From the NCBI GenBank assembly GCA_050012755.1, contig JBEKGO010000043.1:1-16237 (forward strand): a stretch of 16,237 nt of DNA, read 5' to 3'. The translations under genes and the position numbers were made by a program. A model generated the notes under the pieces. That model was not told the origin of the DNA. It was given only the letters and a program-made list of their open reading frames with translations, and searched no databases. This stretch comes from Candidatus Bathyarchaeia archaeon (lineage in GTDB: Archaea; Thermoproteota; Bathyarchaeia; Bathyarchaeales; Bathycorpusculaceae). Below, piece by piece: positions 8,329 to 15,892 of the stretch (positions are counted from its first letter, which is position 1; each line of letters begins with the position of its first letter).

Positions 8329-8745
8329 ATTTCTTTGCAGGCTGCGTCTCTACGCGGTTTTATGCGTCTCCTTGCGGTTCTATGTGGCTCTGCCCGTCTC
8401 GCTGCGTCCCAACAGATATTGACGGTTCTTTGTGCACTCATGTTCTTTGTGTTTTAGGTTGCTTTTTTAATTTGGGGCTTAAATCTCTTGCAACCATAAT
8501 CTTAAAACATCCCAAAACATCTAGAAACATCCCAAAAAATCGCAGGCAGAAAAGTTCAATTCGACGTTCACTCAAAGGCTGAAGGCAGTTTTTGCGGGAG
8601 TTCTGTTGTTTGTGTTTTAGGTTGCTTTTTTGGTTTAGATTTTGGTTCGTCTGCAGGCTGCGTACAAGGAAGTACACCAAAGTACAAGCACGTACACAGA
8701 AGAACAAACACGTAAAACTGCGGAAATTAAGTTATTGACGTTTTT
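8329..8745. repeat. Modular repeat cluster B: three head+decamer-array modules
   Basis: Partial head ending TGCAGGCTG at 8344, then 7 cgtctc-type decamers (8345-8414). Head 8460-8493, then 5 catcccaaaa-type decamers (8498-8547). Head 8623-8656, then 6 (a/c)gtaca-type decamers (8661-8720). Confidence 0.85.
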
Positions 8746-8967
8746 GGACAAGAGAAGATTAGAATTTAATTCTTCTTTGTGTCTCATCTTTTTCAACTAC
8801 TTTTATTCTCTTTGGTTCTTCTCTTCTATGTTAGCACTTACTCCGCTCTCTTACTCCGCTCAACCATGACACCCGCGAAGAGACGTCACAACACATAGAA
8901 AAAAGAGGAAAATAGAATATCTCCAACTAGGCGGACAAGAAAAGTGGGTGGACCCAGCCCTCTCCCA

Positions 8968-9145
8968 ATGAGGGGATTAAAGATTGATGATTCAACTATC
9001 TTAACAGGTTTTCAGCTATTCCACAGATTCATTTGACCCCTTGAGCATTGGATGGAAAAACTCCGAGCAAAGCATGCGATATTCTGATTCAAGGAGACAA
9101 CAAGTGGAAAACCCTAATAGGAACGCTAGTAAAAAGAAGAATTAG
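8968..9145 (+). pseudogene. Degenerate C-terminal remnant of an archaeal DDE-type (IS6/integrase-core-like) transposase
   Basis: MRGLKIDDSTILTGFQLFHRFI*PLE, frameshift, LDGKTPSKACDILIQGDNKWKTLI, frameshift, NASKKKN*. This resembles the HNxxRPHxxLxGxTPxxxxG...KW tail of these transposases. One stop and two frameshifts. Confidence 0.75.
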
Positions 9146-9160
9146 CAACTTAAAGAATTA

Positions 9161-9919
9161 CTACGGAAACTTTACAAAAGACGCGGCAATTTGTTTTAGG
9201 AAGTCATCAAGTGGCTTATCAATACTATCAATGTCTTCTAGTGCGACAAGAAACCACCCTTCTTCCACCATAAAGAATCGCTTGACGATTAAAGGCACAT
9301 TATCCACATCCGAGAATGGACAAGGTGGCTTACTAGGAGACTGCCAAGGGCAGGGCTTTTCCAAAGTGGCAATGCAGTGCCACGCACCTTTTCCCCAAGG
9401 GCTCAGAAGTGGGCAATCTTTCTTTAAATTGCTAACCTCAGAATCCACAATGTAGCCTAAAGTAGGAACACTGCATTCTGAACAACCCTCCAGTTCAAGC
9501 AAATTTGTTCTCGAAGAACGAAGATTATTAGTTGAACCCTCAATTAATGAAGGCAAAATTTCTTTGTAAAGAAGAGATTCAAAAAAGGGCATTTCAAGAA
9601 GGCTTCTGACGGTTGGTGGAAAAAGTTCAGCTATTTCATGAAAGTTTATGGGGTCCTTTGGAAGGTAGAATCCTGAACCCATAATAGCCATAAAGCATTT
9701 TGAAGCTACTTTTCGAGCTACCGTGTGCAAAATAATCTCTCCACCATTCGGGTAAGGACCAAAAATCCCTATTTTCGGAAATTTACCAAAATTCTTTTCT
9801 ATGTTGAGCTTTATAGCTTCGGCTGTAAGTTTGGTAATTATCATTCTAGTAATGACATTTTTCATTTGTTTATTAATTTCGCGCAACATTTCAGTAAGAG
9901 GAAGCATCGAACTAGACAT
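9161..9919 (-). CDS. Hypothetical protein, possible Rossmannoid (NDT/TIR-like) fold with Cys-rich insert
   Basis: 252-aa ORF with a TATA-like element about 25 bp upstream. Motifs KIGIFGPY, SRTNLLELEG...VPTLGY and CPL...HC...CPW...CPF. The fold is inference. Confidence 0.65.
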   Translation of the reverse strand: MSSSMLPLTEMLREINKQMKNVITRMIITKLTAEAIKLNIEKNFGKFPKIGIFGPYPNGGEIILHTVARKVASKCFMAIMGSGFYLPKDPINFHEIAELFPPTVRSLLEMPFFESLLYKEILPSLIEGSTNNLRSSRTNLLELEGCSECSVPTLGYIVDSEVSNLKKDCPLLSPWGKGAWHCIATLEKPCPWQSPSKPPCPFSDVDNVPLIVKRFFMVEEGWFLVALEDIDSIDKPLDDFLKQIAASFVKFP

Positions 9920-10080
9920 AAGGATTACAATAACGACGGTTTTAATTTAATTCTTTGCTATGATTATGTCGAACAGTTTTAAATTTATTAATTAGCTCTA
10001 ATTTACTATATTATTCCGATATATTTGTACCACTCTATCTTCATAATATTGATATATAAATGTCGAGTTGTTCAACATTA

Positions 10081-10106
10081 TTGTAGTAGGTCAAGAACTA
10101 CCACAA
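10081..10106. promoter_or_regulatory. Imperfect inverted repeat, candidate ArsR operator
   Basis: TTGTAGTAG-N8-CTACCACAA (8 of 9 positions paired) between the divergent 252-aa gene and the regulator. Confidence 0.35.
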
Positions 10107-10135
10107 GTGTTTAATACTCTTAGCCATACTGTCAT

Positions 10136-10570
10136 ATGACTGGAGATTTGACTGAAATGACCAAAATATCTATCGCTGAATGGACAGATGTATTTGCAGC
10201 GATTGGAAACGATGAACGGCTTTCGATAATGATAGTGCTCAGCGGTAGCGATTATATCTTACATAGTCACATGTCCAATGGTGATAACGCTGATGCAGGC
10301 GCGATAGAGCCAGGATGTCTGCCATTCAGCGATATTGCAAAAGCTATTGAAGTATCTTCGGCTTCAAGATTGAGCTACCATCTTTCTAAGCTTCTGGAAG
10401 CAAACTTGGTATGCAAAATTCCCGCTAAGGATGCGAAAGAACGAGTATTCCCGCTTTACAAAGTAACAAGTAGATGGCAAAAGTTCGCGACGGAGTTTGG
10501 CTTCAACGCGAAAATAAAGGAATATGTTAAGCATAAATACCCTGAATCGTTTGACGAAAAAGCACCATAG
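10136..10570 (+). CDS. ArsR/SmtB-like winged-helix transcriptional regulator
   Basis: VFAAIGNDERLSIM, FSDIAKAI, SRLSYHLSKLLEANLV and YKVT follow the ArsR wHTH pattern, with an insertion after helix 2. Confidence 0.8.
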   Translation: MTGDLTEMTKISIAEWTDVFAAIGNDERLSIMIVLSGSDYILHSHMSNGDNADAGAIEPGCLPFSDIAKAIEVSSASRLSYHLSKLLEANLVCKIPAKDAKERVFPLYKVTSRWQKFATEFGFNAKIKEYVKHKYPESFDEKAP

Positions 10571-10598
10571 TTCTGCTATGGTGCAACCACCTTTTTGT
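10562..10598 (+). terminator. Hairpin over the regulator stop codon, followed by a T-tract
   Basis: Perfect 9-bp stem GCACCATAG-ttctg-CTATGGTGC (10562-10584), then TTTTTGTT. Confidence 0.4.
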
Positions 10599-10659
10599 TG
10601 GCACATGTCTGTGCTAAAGGCTTTTCAAATTGACCATGCAATCTCTGAACTACTTATTT

Positions 10660-10700
10660 TCAGGTTGCTTTTTTGTTTTGTTGCTGAATTCGCTTTGAGG
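10660..10700. repeat. Degenerate solo copy of the repeat head
   Basis: AGGTTGCTTTTTT (TGCTTTTTT at 10666-10674), N20, then TTGAG instead of TGCAG. No clear decamer array follows. Confidence 0.5.
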
Positions 10701-11168
10701 TGTTAGTAGTAGTAAATGGGACTGTTTTGCGTTTGTGCGCGTCTCGAGTTGATATAGATTTGAAATTCACAAAGATTAATTTTTAAAGACAGTTTGCAAG
10801 AATCTGCAAGAAAATGTGAGATTTTTAAGTTGAGTTAATAATTCAACCTTGAAAAACGTCCAAGGTTGAGACAGTTAAAGCCAAGGTTTCATTTAGGGCC
10901 ACAATTTGCGAAGGATTTAGCAAAAAAATGCTTAGTTTTTGTTTCTAATTTCTTTGTTTAGACAAACTTTTTTCAGGCTTAACTTTCAGTGCATAGTATA
11001 TATGCGAAGTTACATAATTGATTAAAGAGTTGAATCCATTGCATAATGAATTAGACAAACCAATTGGTATATGGGAGTTAAGAAGCTACGAGTTGGTATG
11101 TTCATTGGGATGCTAGTTTTGACCTAGCAAAAGGTGGAATTGAACTAAGCTATCGTAATCATGAAGAT

Positions 11169-13823
11169 ATGAGTCACTTACTAGTCGAAACTTCATCAAC
11201 GCGACTCATAGATAACATCATTAGCAGAATGGAGTCACCGACGGTGGGCCCCAGATACCACATATTGGGATCAAGAGGATTTGGAAAATCAACACTCCTA
11301 AACTATATGGCTTTTGAACTTTTCAACAGTCTGGGCTCAAAGCTTGTTCTCCCAGTCTACTCAAGCATGTTTGGAACGGCCACTTCAGAGGAAGAACTCA
11401 CATTCATTTTCTTTAGAAGCTTGCTAGAAGGCCTCTTTGATGTCCCTGGGAGCCTTGACAACTTCAACCTTAAACAAAGATTTGAAGAAGTTTCTAAACA
11501 ACTGGCCTCTGCAAATAATGAGTACAAACAGGAATTAAGAGACTCGCATACTATTTCTATCGAATATGTTTACGCGGCATTTGAGAACCAAGTTGGTCAC
11601 CTTAAGAATTGGTTCCCTAGAATTGCATTTCTTGTGGATGGGCTAGACAAACAAGACACCAATTTAGTACTAAAATTTTTGAGAAATACCCAGGAGAGAC
11701 TAAACAGCTTAGTTGCCAAGTATAATCTCGTTATCGTGGACTGTGCAGATCCATCTTGGAGGGAAACTCTTGGAACAAAAGAATTCAGTGGAGTTCGAGG
11801 TTTTCAAATAAATCTTAGGGGTTGGACTGTCGCAGAGGTTGAAGCTCTCATAAAAAGCCGCCTACATACGTTCGGAATATTTGAAGTGCCTTTTGAAGAC
11901 AAAGCAATAGAAATGCTAGTTGAGGATTTTCAAGGTAATCCGCGAGAAATTCTTCAATACTGTACTACCCTTCTTCACTATGGAGCCTCAGAAAATCTTG
12001 GAACAATAGGGCACGGAATAGCCCGCGAAATAGTTTGGGGCGAAGGTTCAAAAGAGAAGTTTTATAAGTTCATTATAGAAGATGCCGAAGCAAGAGTTGC
12101 CTTTGAGAAGCTCAAAACGGTATATTCAGAGCGACAAATGTTCAATATCTTATCAGCTATTTATAACCAAAGGAATCAACGACTCTCACCAAACCTTGAC
12201 TACGAGGAACGATCGTCAGTCGGAGTCACTTTGACGGATGATCAATTCAAGCGTTTTTTGGATGTTCTCTTGATAAGAGGCTGCATTATAACTAAAATGC
12301 AGAGTTATATAGAACTCTCTAGCGATATAATGCGTTTGTTCAATTTTGTTGCAGGGCTTAAAGAATCATTGATTGCTTTGCCCGTCATAATTGGTGGTCT
12401 TGAGTTCAAAATTGATACAACTATTGAATTGCCCAAAGCCACTGTCGCCATCAAACAAGAAATCGAATACATTTTTGAAAAGCACCCAAATAGCTGGATT
12501 AATTATGCCAAATGCGGTGAAATGTTGTTGACTGACCCCCGCAAAAGAATAGAAATAAGCGAGTATTTTGGAGAAAACTTCAATCAGAAGTTATCACAGA
12601 CAATCAACCTTACCATATATGAGTTGTTGACCAAAGGCAAATTAATGATGGATGAAGAAACTCGGGAATATCGATGGAGACCGGGGTCGATCGATTTCGA
12701 ATTGGCGAACTTGATCAAATCAAAGAAAGTGCTTGATTTAATAGATTCCGCAAATGAATCTCTCAATGAAGAAAACTCTGACAAACTTAGGGAAGACTGT
12801 AAGTCTATCATAATAGTTTCTTTCTCAATGCTTGATAATCTTCTGGGTGGCAGAATTGGCACAACAGACTTACGGCTCATAATCGACTATTTGCAGGATT
12901 TGAACTTGAAAGTTGATAAACCTGTTCCGCTGGCTTTAGTCTTTAATTTTCTAAATGAACCCATAAAAGATAGAGCAGAGGGACAATTATGTCTTCAAGC
13001 GGCATTAGTCTATTCAAAACGAATCTTTGATGAAATTAATCGACTAAAGATATTTGAGGTACAGAATCAGGAAAAAATTAACAAATTGAAAGTGTCTAAA
13101 ATTGGGTGTTCAAAAGAAAAGGAACGTAAAAGGTTCAAAGAGTTTTTCTTGCCGACAATTGTCGAACATTATGGTGTTCTTGTAGACTATATGACCAAGT
13201 TAAAAATTTTAGAAGGAATATCTGATAGGATTCCTCAAGAACTTGCGGAGTTACAAGAAAACAAACAAATTCTCGCTTCCCAAGTCTATAAATGCCCTGT
13301 TTGTGGAGATCAGAATGCAACAATCTCGAACACAGTGGAAACCAATTTTTGCCTGAAGGATAAAGTACCTAAGGAATTTGTGAAAAATGCCTATGTTTTG
13401 TCGGCAGATGCTTACGAAACATGGACTGTTTGGATGGAAGAGTACACTCAATTTATTCTAGAACATCTTCCCATTAGATTTGTAGAAGCAGGTATCATGC
13501 TAAAGTCTTTGGATAGTACTAGTTTTTCAACTCCTGAAGAAATTGATCTTGCATTAGTCTTCAATGGGCGATTGATTGCTATCGAATGTATTGAAAAAGT
13601 CGATTTAACACCTCAAAAGAATGATATTCGTGATATATTATATAAAACACAAAAAATCGGTCTTTTTGACGCTGTAATACTCGTCTATGCTAACTGCAGT
13701 GATAGCCATTTCTTCGAAGCAGAGATAGCCAAAAATCAGAAGTTTCTAATTCCTATACAGATTGGCAATCCCAAAAATTTCAAAACTAATCTTTTTGCTG
13801 CACTTAAGTCTACAAACAAATGA
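11169..13823 (+). CDS. Large AAA+/STAND-like NTPase with Zn ribbon and C-terminal PD-(D/E)XK-like nuclease
   Basis: Walker A GSRGFGKST, Walker B FLVDGLD, GNPREIL, CPVCG...CLKD, and EIDLALVFNGRLIAIECIEK. The frame is open upstream to 11082. Confidence 0.8.
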   Translation: MSHLLVETSSTRLIDNIISRMESPTVGPRYHILGSRGFGKSTLLNYMAFELFNSLGSKLVLPVYSSMFGTATSEEELTFIFFRSLLEGLFDVPGSLDNFNLKQRFEEVSKQLASANNEYKQELRDSHTISIEYVYAAFENQVGHLKNWFPRIAFLVDGLDKQDTNLVLKFLRNTQERLNSLVAKYNLVIVDCADPSWRETLGTKEFSGVRGFQINLRGWTVAEVEALIKSRLHTFGIFEVPFEDKAIEMLVEDFQGNPREILQYCTTLLHYGASENLGTIGHGIAREIVWGEGSKEKFYKFIIEDAEARVAFEKLKTVYSERQMFNILSAIYNQRNQRLSPNLDYEERSSVGVTLTDDQFKRFLDVLLIRGCIITKMQSYIELSSDIMRLFNFVAGLKESLIALPVIIGGLEFKIDTTIELPKATVAIKQEIEYIFEKHPNSWINYAKCGEMLLTDPRKRIEISEYFGENFNQKLSQTINLTIYELLTKGKLMMDEETREYRWRPGSIDFELANLIKSKKVLDLIDSANESLNEENSDKLREDCKSIIIVSFSMLDNLLGGRIGTTDLRLIIDYLQDLNLKVDKPVPLALVFNFLNEPIKDRAEGQLCLQAALVYSKRIFDEINRLKIFEVQNQEKINKLKVSKIGCSKEKERKRFKEFFLPTIVEHYGVLVDYMTKLKILEGISDRIPQELAELQENKQILASQVYKCPVCGDQNATISNTVETNFCLKDKVPKEFVKNAYVLSADAYETWTVWMEEYTQFILEHLPIRFVEAGIMLKSLDSTSFSTPEEIDLALVFNGRLIAIECIEKVDLTPQKNDIRDILYKTQKIGLFDAVILVYANCSDSHFFEAEIAKNQKFLIPIQIGNPKNFKTNLFAALKSTNK

Positions 13824-14105
13824 GTAGAAACACAGCAAGTTGAACCATTGCTACTTCAAATTATGCCTATATTTAGCTTTGTTAATCCCTCTTGCTCCAT
13901 TTATTATAATGTAATTTTAGGAAACAAGTATAAAATCAATGGCATTCAAATTGGTTTCGCCGGAAATATCAACACAATATTGAAAGAAAAATTACAGAAA
14001 AAACGATCGCATGATAAACATTGTTGACTTGTTAATTAGAAATTAAACGTGACAACCGTTTAAAAATAGTCCACCTTTTCTTTTAGGTTTTTACGTCCCT
14101 TCTTT

Positions 14106-14933
14106 CTAACGTTGAAAGTTGAGTTTAATATCTTCTGGTTCATAATTCGTAATAAAAAGTTCTTCTCCTTCAATTGCTTTTTTCTTGTGCATCCCGTTAT
14201 ATTTCATTTTCCAAGGGTAAATATACGCAAAAGAAAACAGCTCATGTATCAATTCTGAATCATCGCAGGTAATTAGCCAAGTATGTTTGCACTTTTTTAT
14301 TTTTTCTGCAAAATCCTGGTGGTCAAAAAATTTATTAAGATTACCTTTTTTACCGTATAAAGGAAAATTTCTTGCTTTCCAATAGGGCGGGTCCAGAAAA
14401 ATAAAAACATTTTTGCCTTCTTCAAAAAGAAGATTCTCGTAACTTTGGTTGGTTATACTTACATTATTCAAGAGCTTTGCCAAGGGCCAAAGACCTTCAA
14501 TTTTGGACATTGTGAAACGTTTCTTAAAAGATTCAGCAGAATACCCACCAGAATCTGTTGTGCCAGAATAAGTTGTTCTATTCAAGACATAGAATCTTAA
14601 TGCTCGACCAAAAACTCCAGAGGCATTTGAATTTACAAGTTTAGAATATAAGGCTCTGCCGTCTTGGCAGCCGTTTTTAATTCGAGTAATAGCGTTAATT
14701 AACGAAACCGGATCATTTTGCAGAGTTTTCCAGAAGCAATAAACATCCTGATTTAAGTCGTTTAATTTACACTTTAATTGAGGATTTTGGTGTTTAAAAG
14801 CTACGAAAACAGAGCCACCGCCCAGAAATGGTTCCCGATACTCGGTGAAACCATGCGGAATAAGTGGAAGGATCTTCTTTATTGCCCGTGCTTTTCCTCC
14901 AGGATACCTTAGTGGGCTGGTGATAGCGGTCAT
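14106..14933 (-). CDS. Dam-family (D12 class) N6-adenine DNA methyltransferase
   Basis: SPLRYPGGK, EPFLGGGSV (motif I), NDLN and FLDPPY (motif IV). Target specificity cannot be determined here. Confidence 0.93.
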   Translation of the reverse strand: MTAITSPLRYPGGKARAIKKILPLIPHGFTEYREPFLGGGSVFVAFKHQNPQLKCKLNDLNQDVYCFWKTLQNDPVSLINAITRIKNGCQDGRALYSKLVNSNASGVFGRALRFYVLNRTTYSGTTDSGGYSAESFKKRFTMSKIEGLWPLAKLLNNVSITNQSYENLLFEEGKNVFIFLDPPYWKARNFPLYGKKGNLNKFFDHQDFAEKIKKCKHTWLITCDDSELIHELFSFAYIYPWKMKYNGMHKKKAIEGEELFITNYEPEDIKLNFQR

Positions 14934-14975
14934 TTTTTCGTTATTACCTTTGACCCCTTTTAGCGTATGTATGAA

Positions 14976-15890
14976 TTAAACCTTGGCCCATTTAGCTTTT
15001 GATAAAACAGAATCAAGCAAACTGTCCTTTACTACATAATCGAACATGGGTATTGAAAAGTTATGTTCTTTTATATCATCATATAAGTAAATGCTTTCTT
15101 TACTCGAGATTTCTTTGCAAAATTGTAATATCAAATCAGCTGAATCTGATGAAAGGGATCCTTTAAAAATTTTCCAAAACAAATAGCTTAATTTTTCTTT
15201 TGACAGAACATCTTCACCGAATATATCCAGATAATAACCATATCTCCCTGTATAAACATAAATTCCGCGAGTTTTTTGAACCGCAGGGCCATTATGTCTA
15301 AATATGCTGCTAACTACATGTTCGTTTCCGCTTTTACGTAAAAAGTCCTCTTTTTTTAATTTCCTTATCAAATGCAAATCGGTTAAAAGATCATAGGACT
15401 TTTCAAGAACTTCTCGCCATTTTTCTTTAACATTATCATCCTTCTTTAAGTCAACTAATGATTTTTCGGAGAAAGCTCTAGCTGCAATCATCGCAAAAAG
15501 GATTACAGCTTCCCTATCGTCTAAGTCGTCCCGATTAGAAGACGATGATGCTCCGCTAAAGAATTTTTCGTTAATATAAGAAAATAGCGTTTCCTCACTT
15601 ACCAGTCCAAAATTTTGTTCGTAATCCCAGACACCTTTTGCCGTAATAGCGTATGTTCCAACGTTTCCGAGAACTTGAATTTGTTTCTTTGTTAAAAGAG
15701 ATAATAATGCCTCGTTTGGAATTAGATTTGAGGGCATTGTCGAATCGCTTAGCAGTTTGTTCCTTGACGAACTCTTAGTTTCAATAAATGAAATTAAAAT
15801 TGATTTTTCTTTGAGGTTTTTCTCTCTCAAAAAATTGTCTCTTAACAAACTATAGAATTTCTTGAGATAATCATTTTCGTTTGTAGACAT
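14976..15890 (-). CDS. Hypothetical protein with probable winged-helix domain(s)
   Basis: 304-aa ORF starting 2 nt after the upstream stop. LLSLLTKKQI...YAITAKG is a wHTH wing-like motif. Confidence 0.7.
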   Translation of the reverse strand: MSTNENDYLKKFYSLLRDNFLREKNLKEKSILISFIETKSSSRNKLLSDSTMPSNLIPNEALLSLLTKKQIQVLGNVGTYAITAKGVWDYEQNFGLVSEETLFSYINEKFFSGASSSSNRDDLDDREAVILFAMIAARAFSEKSLVDLKKDDNVKEKWREVLEKSYDLLTDLHLIRKLKKEDFLRKSGNEHVVSSIFRHNGPAVQKTRGIYVYTGRYGYYLDIFGEDVLSKEKLSYLFWKIFKGSLSSDSADLILQFCKEISSKESIYLYDDIKEHNFSIPMFDYVVKDSLLDSVLSKAKWAKV

Positions 15891-15892
15891 TT

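Noticed and set aside
65-8745. Repeats interpreted as a CRISPR or TIGR array
   Set aside because: Heads are divergent and irregularly spaced, intervening DNA is tandem decamers rather than unique spacers, and no cas or tas gene is seen.
8837-8861. Tandem duplication CTTACTCCGCTC with a 13-bp period
   Set aside because: Two copies only, with no head motif. Probably local slippage.
8382-8869. Short ORFs 8382-8582, 8438-8707 and 8642-8869
   Set aside because: They overlap repeat cluster B, are low complexity and have no recognisable motifs.
8944-8960. GTGGGTGGACCCAG as the reverse complement of a tRNA 3' end or att site
   Set aside because: No T-arm (GTTCRA) or cloverleaf adjacent, and it is too short.
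9048-9455. 135-aa plus-strand ORF as a gene
   Set aside because: Only the first ~24 codons belong to the transposase remnant. The rest is antisense to the 252-aa gene.
1050-13451. Other short ORFs overlapping long genes (e.g. 1050-1453, 3858-4109, 5353-5893, 9725-9982, 10364-10706, 12584-13451)
   Set aside because: Shadow ORFs of well-supported CDSs with no motifs of their own.
13863-14027. 54-codon plus-strand ORF between convergent genes
   Set aside because: No clear ribosome-binding site or recognisable motif in AT-rich DNA.
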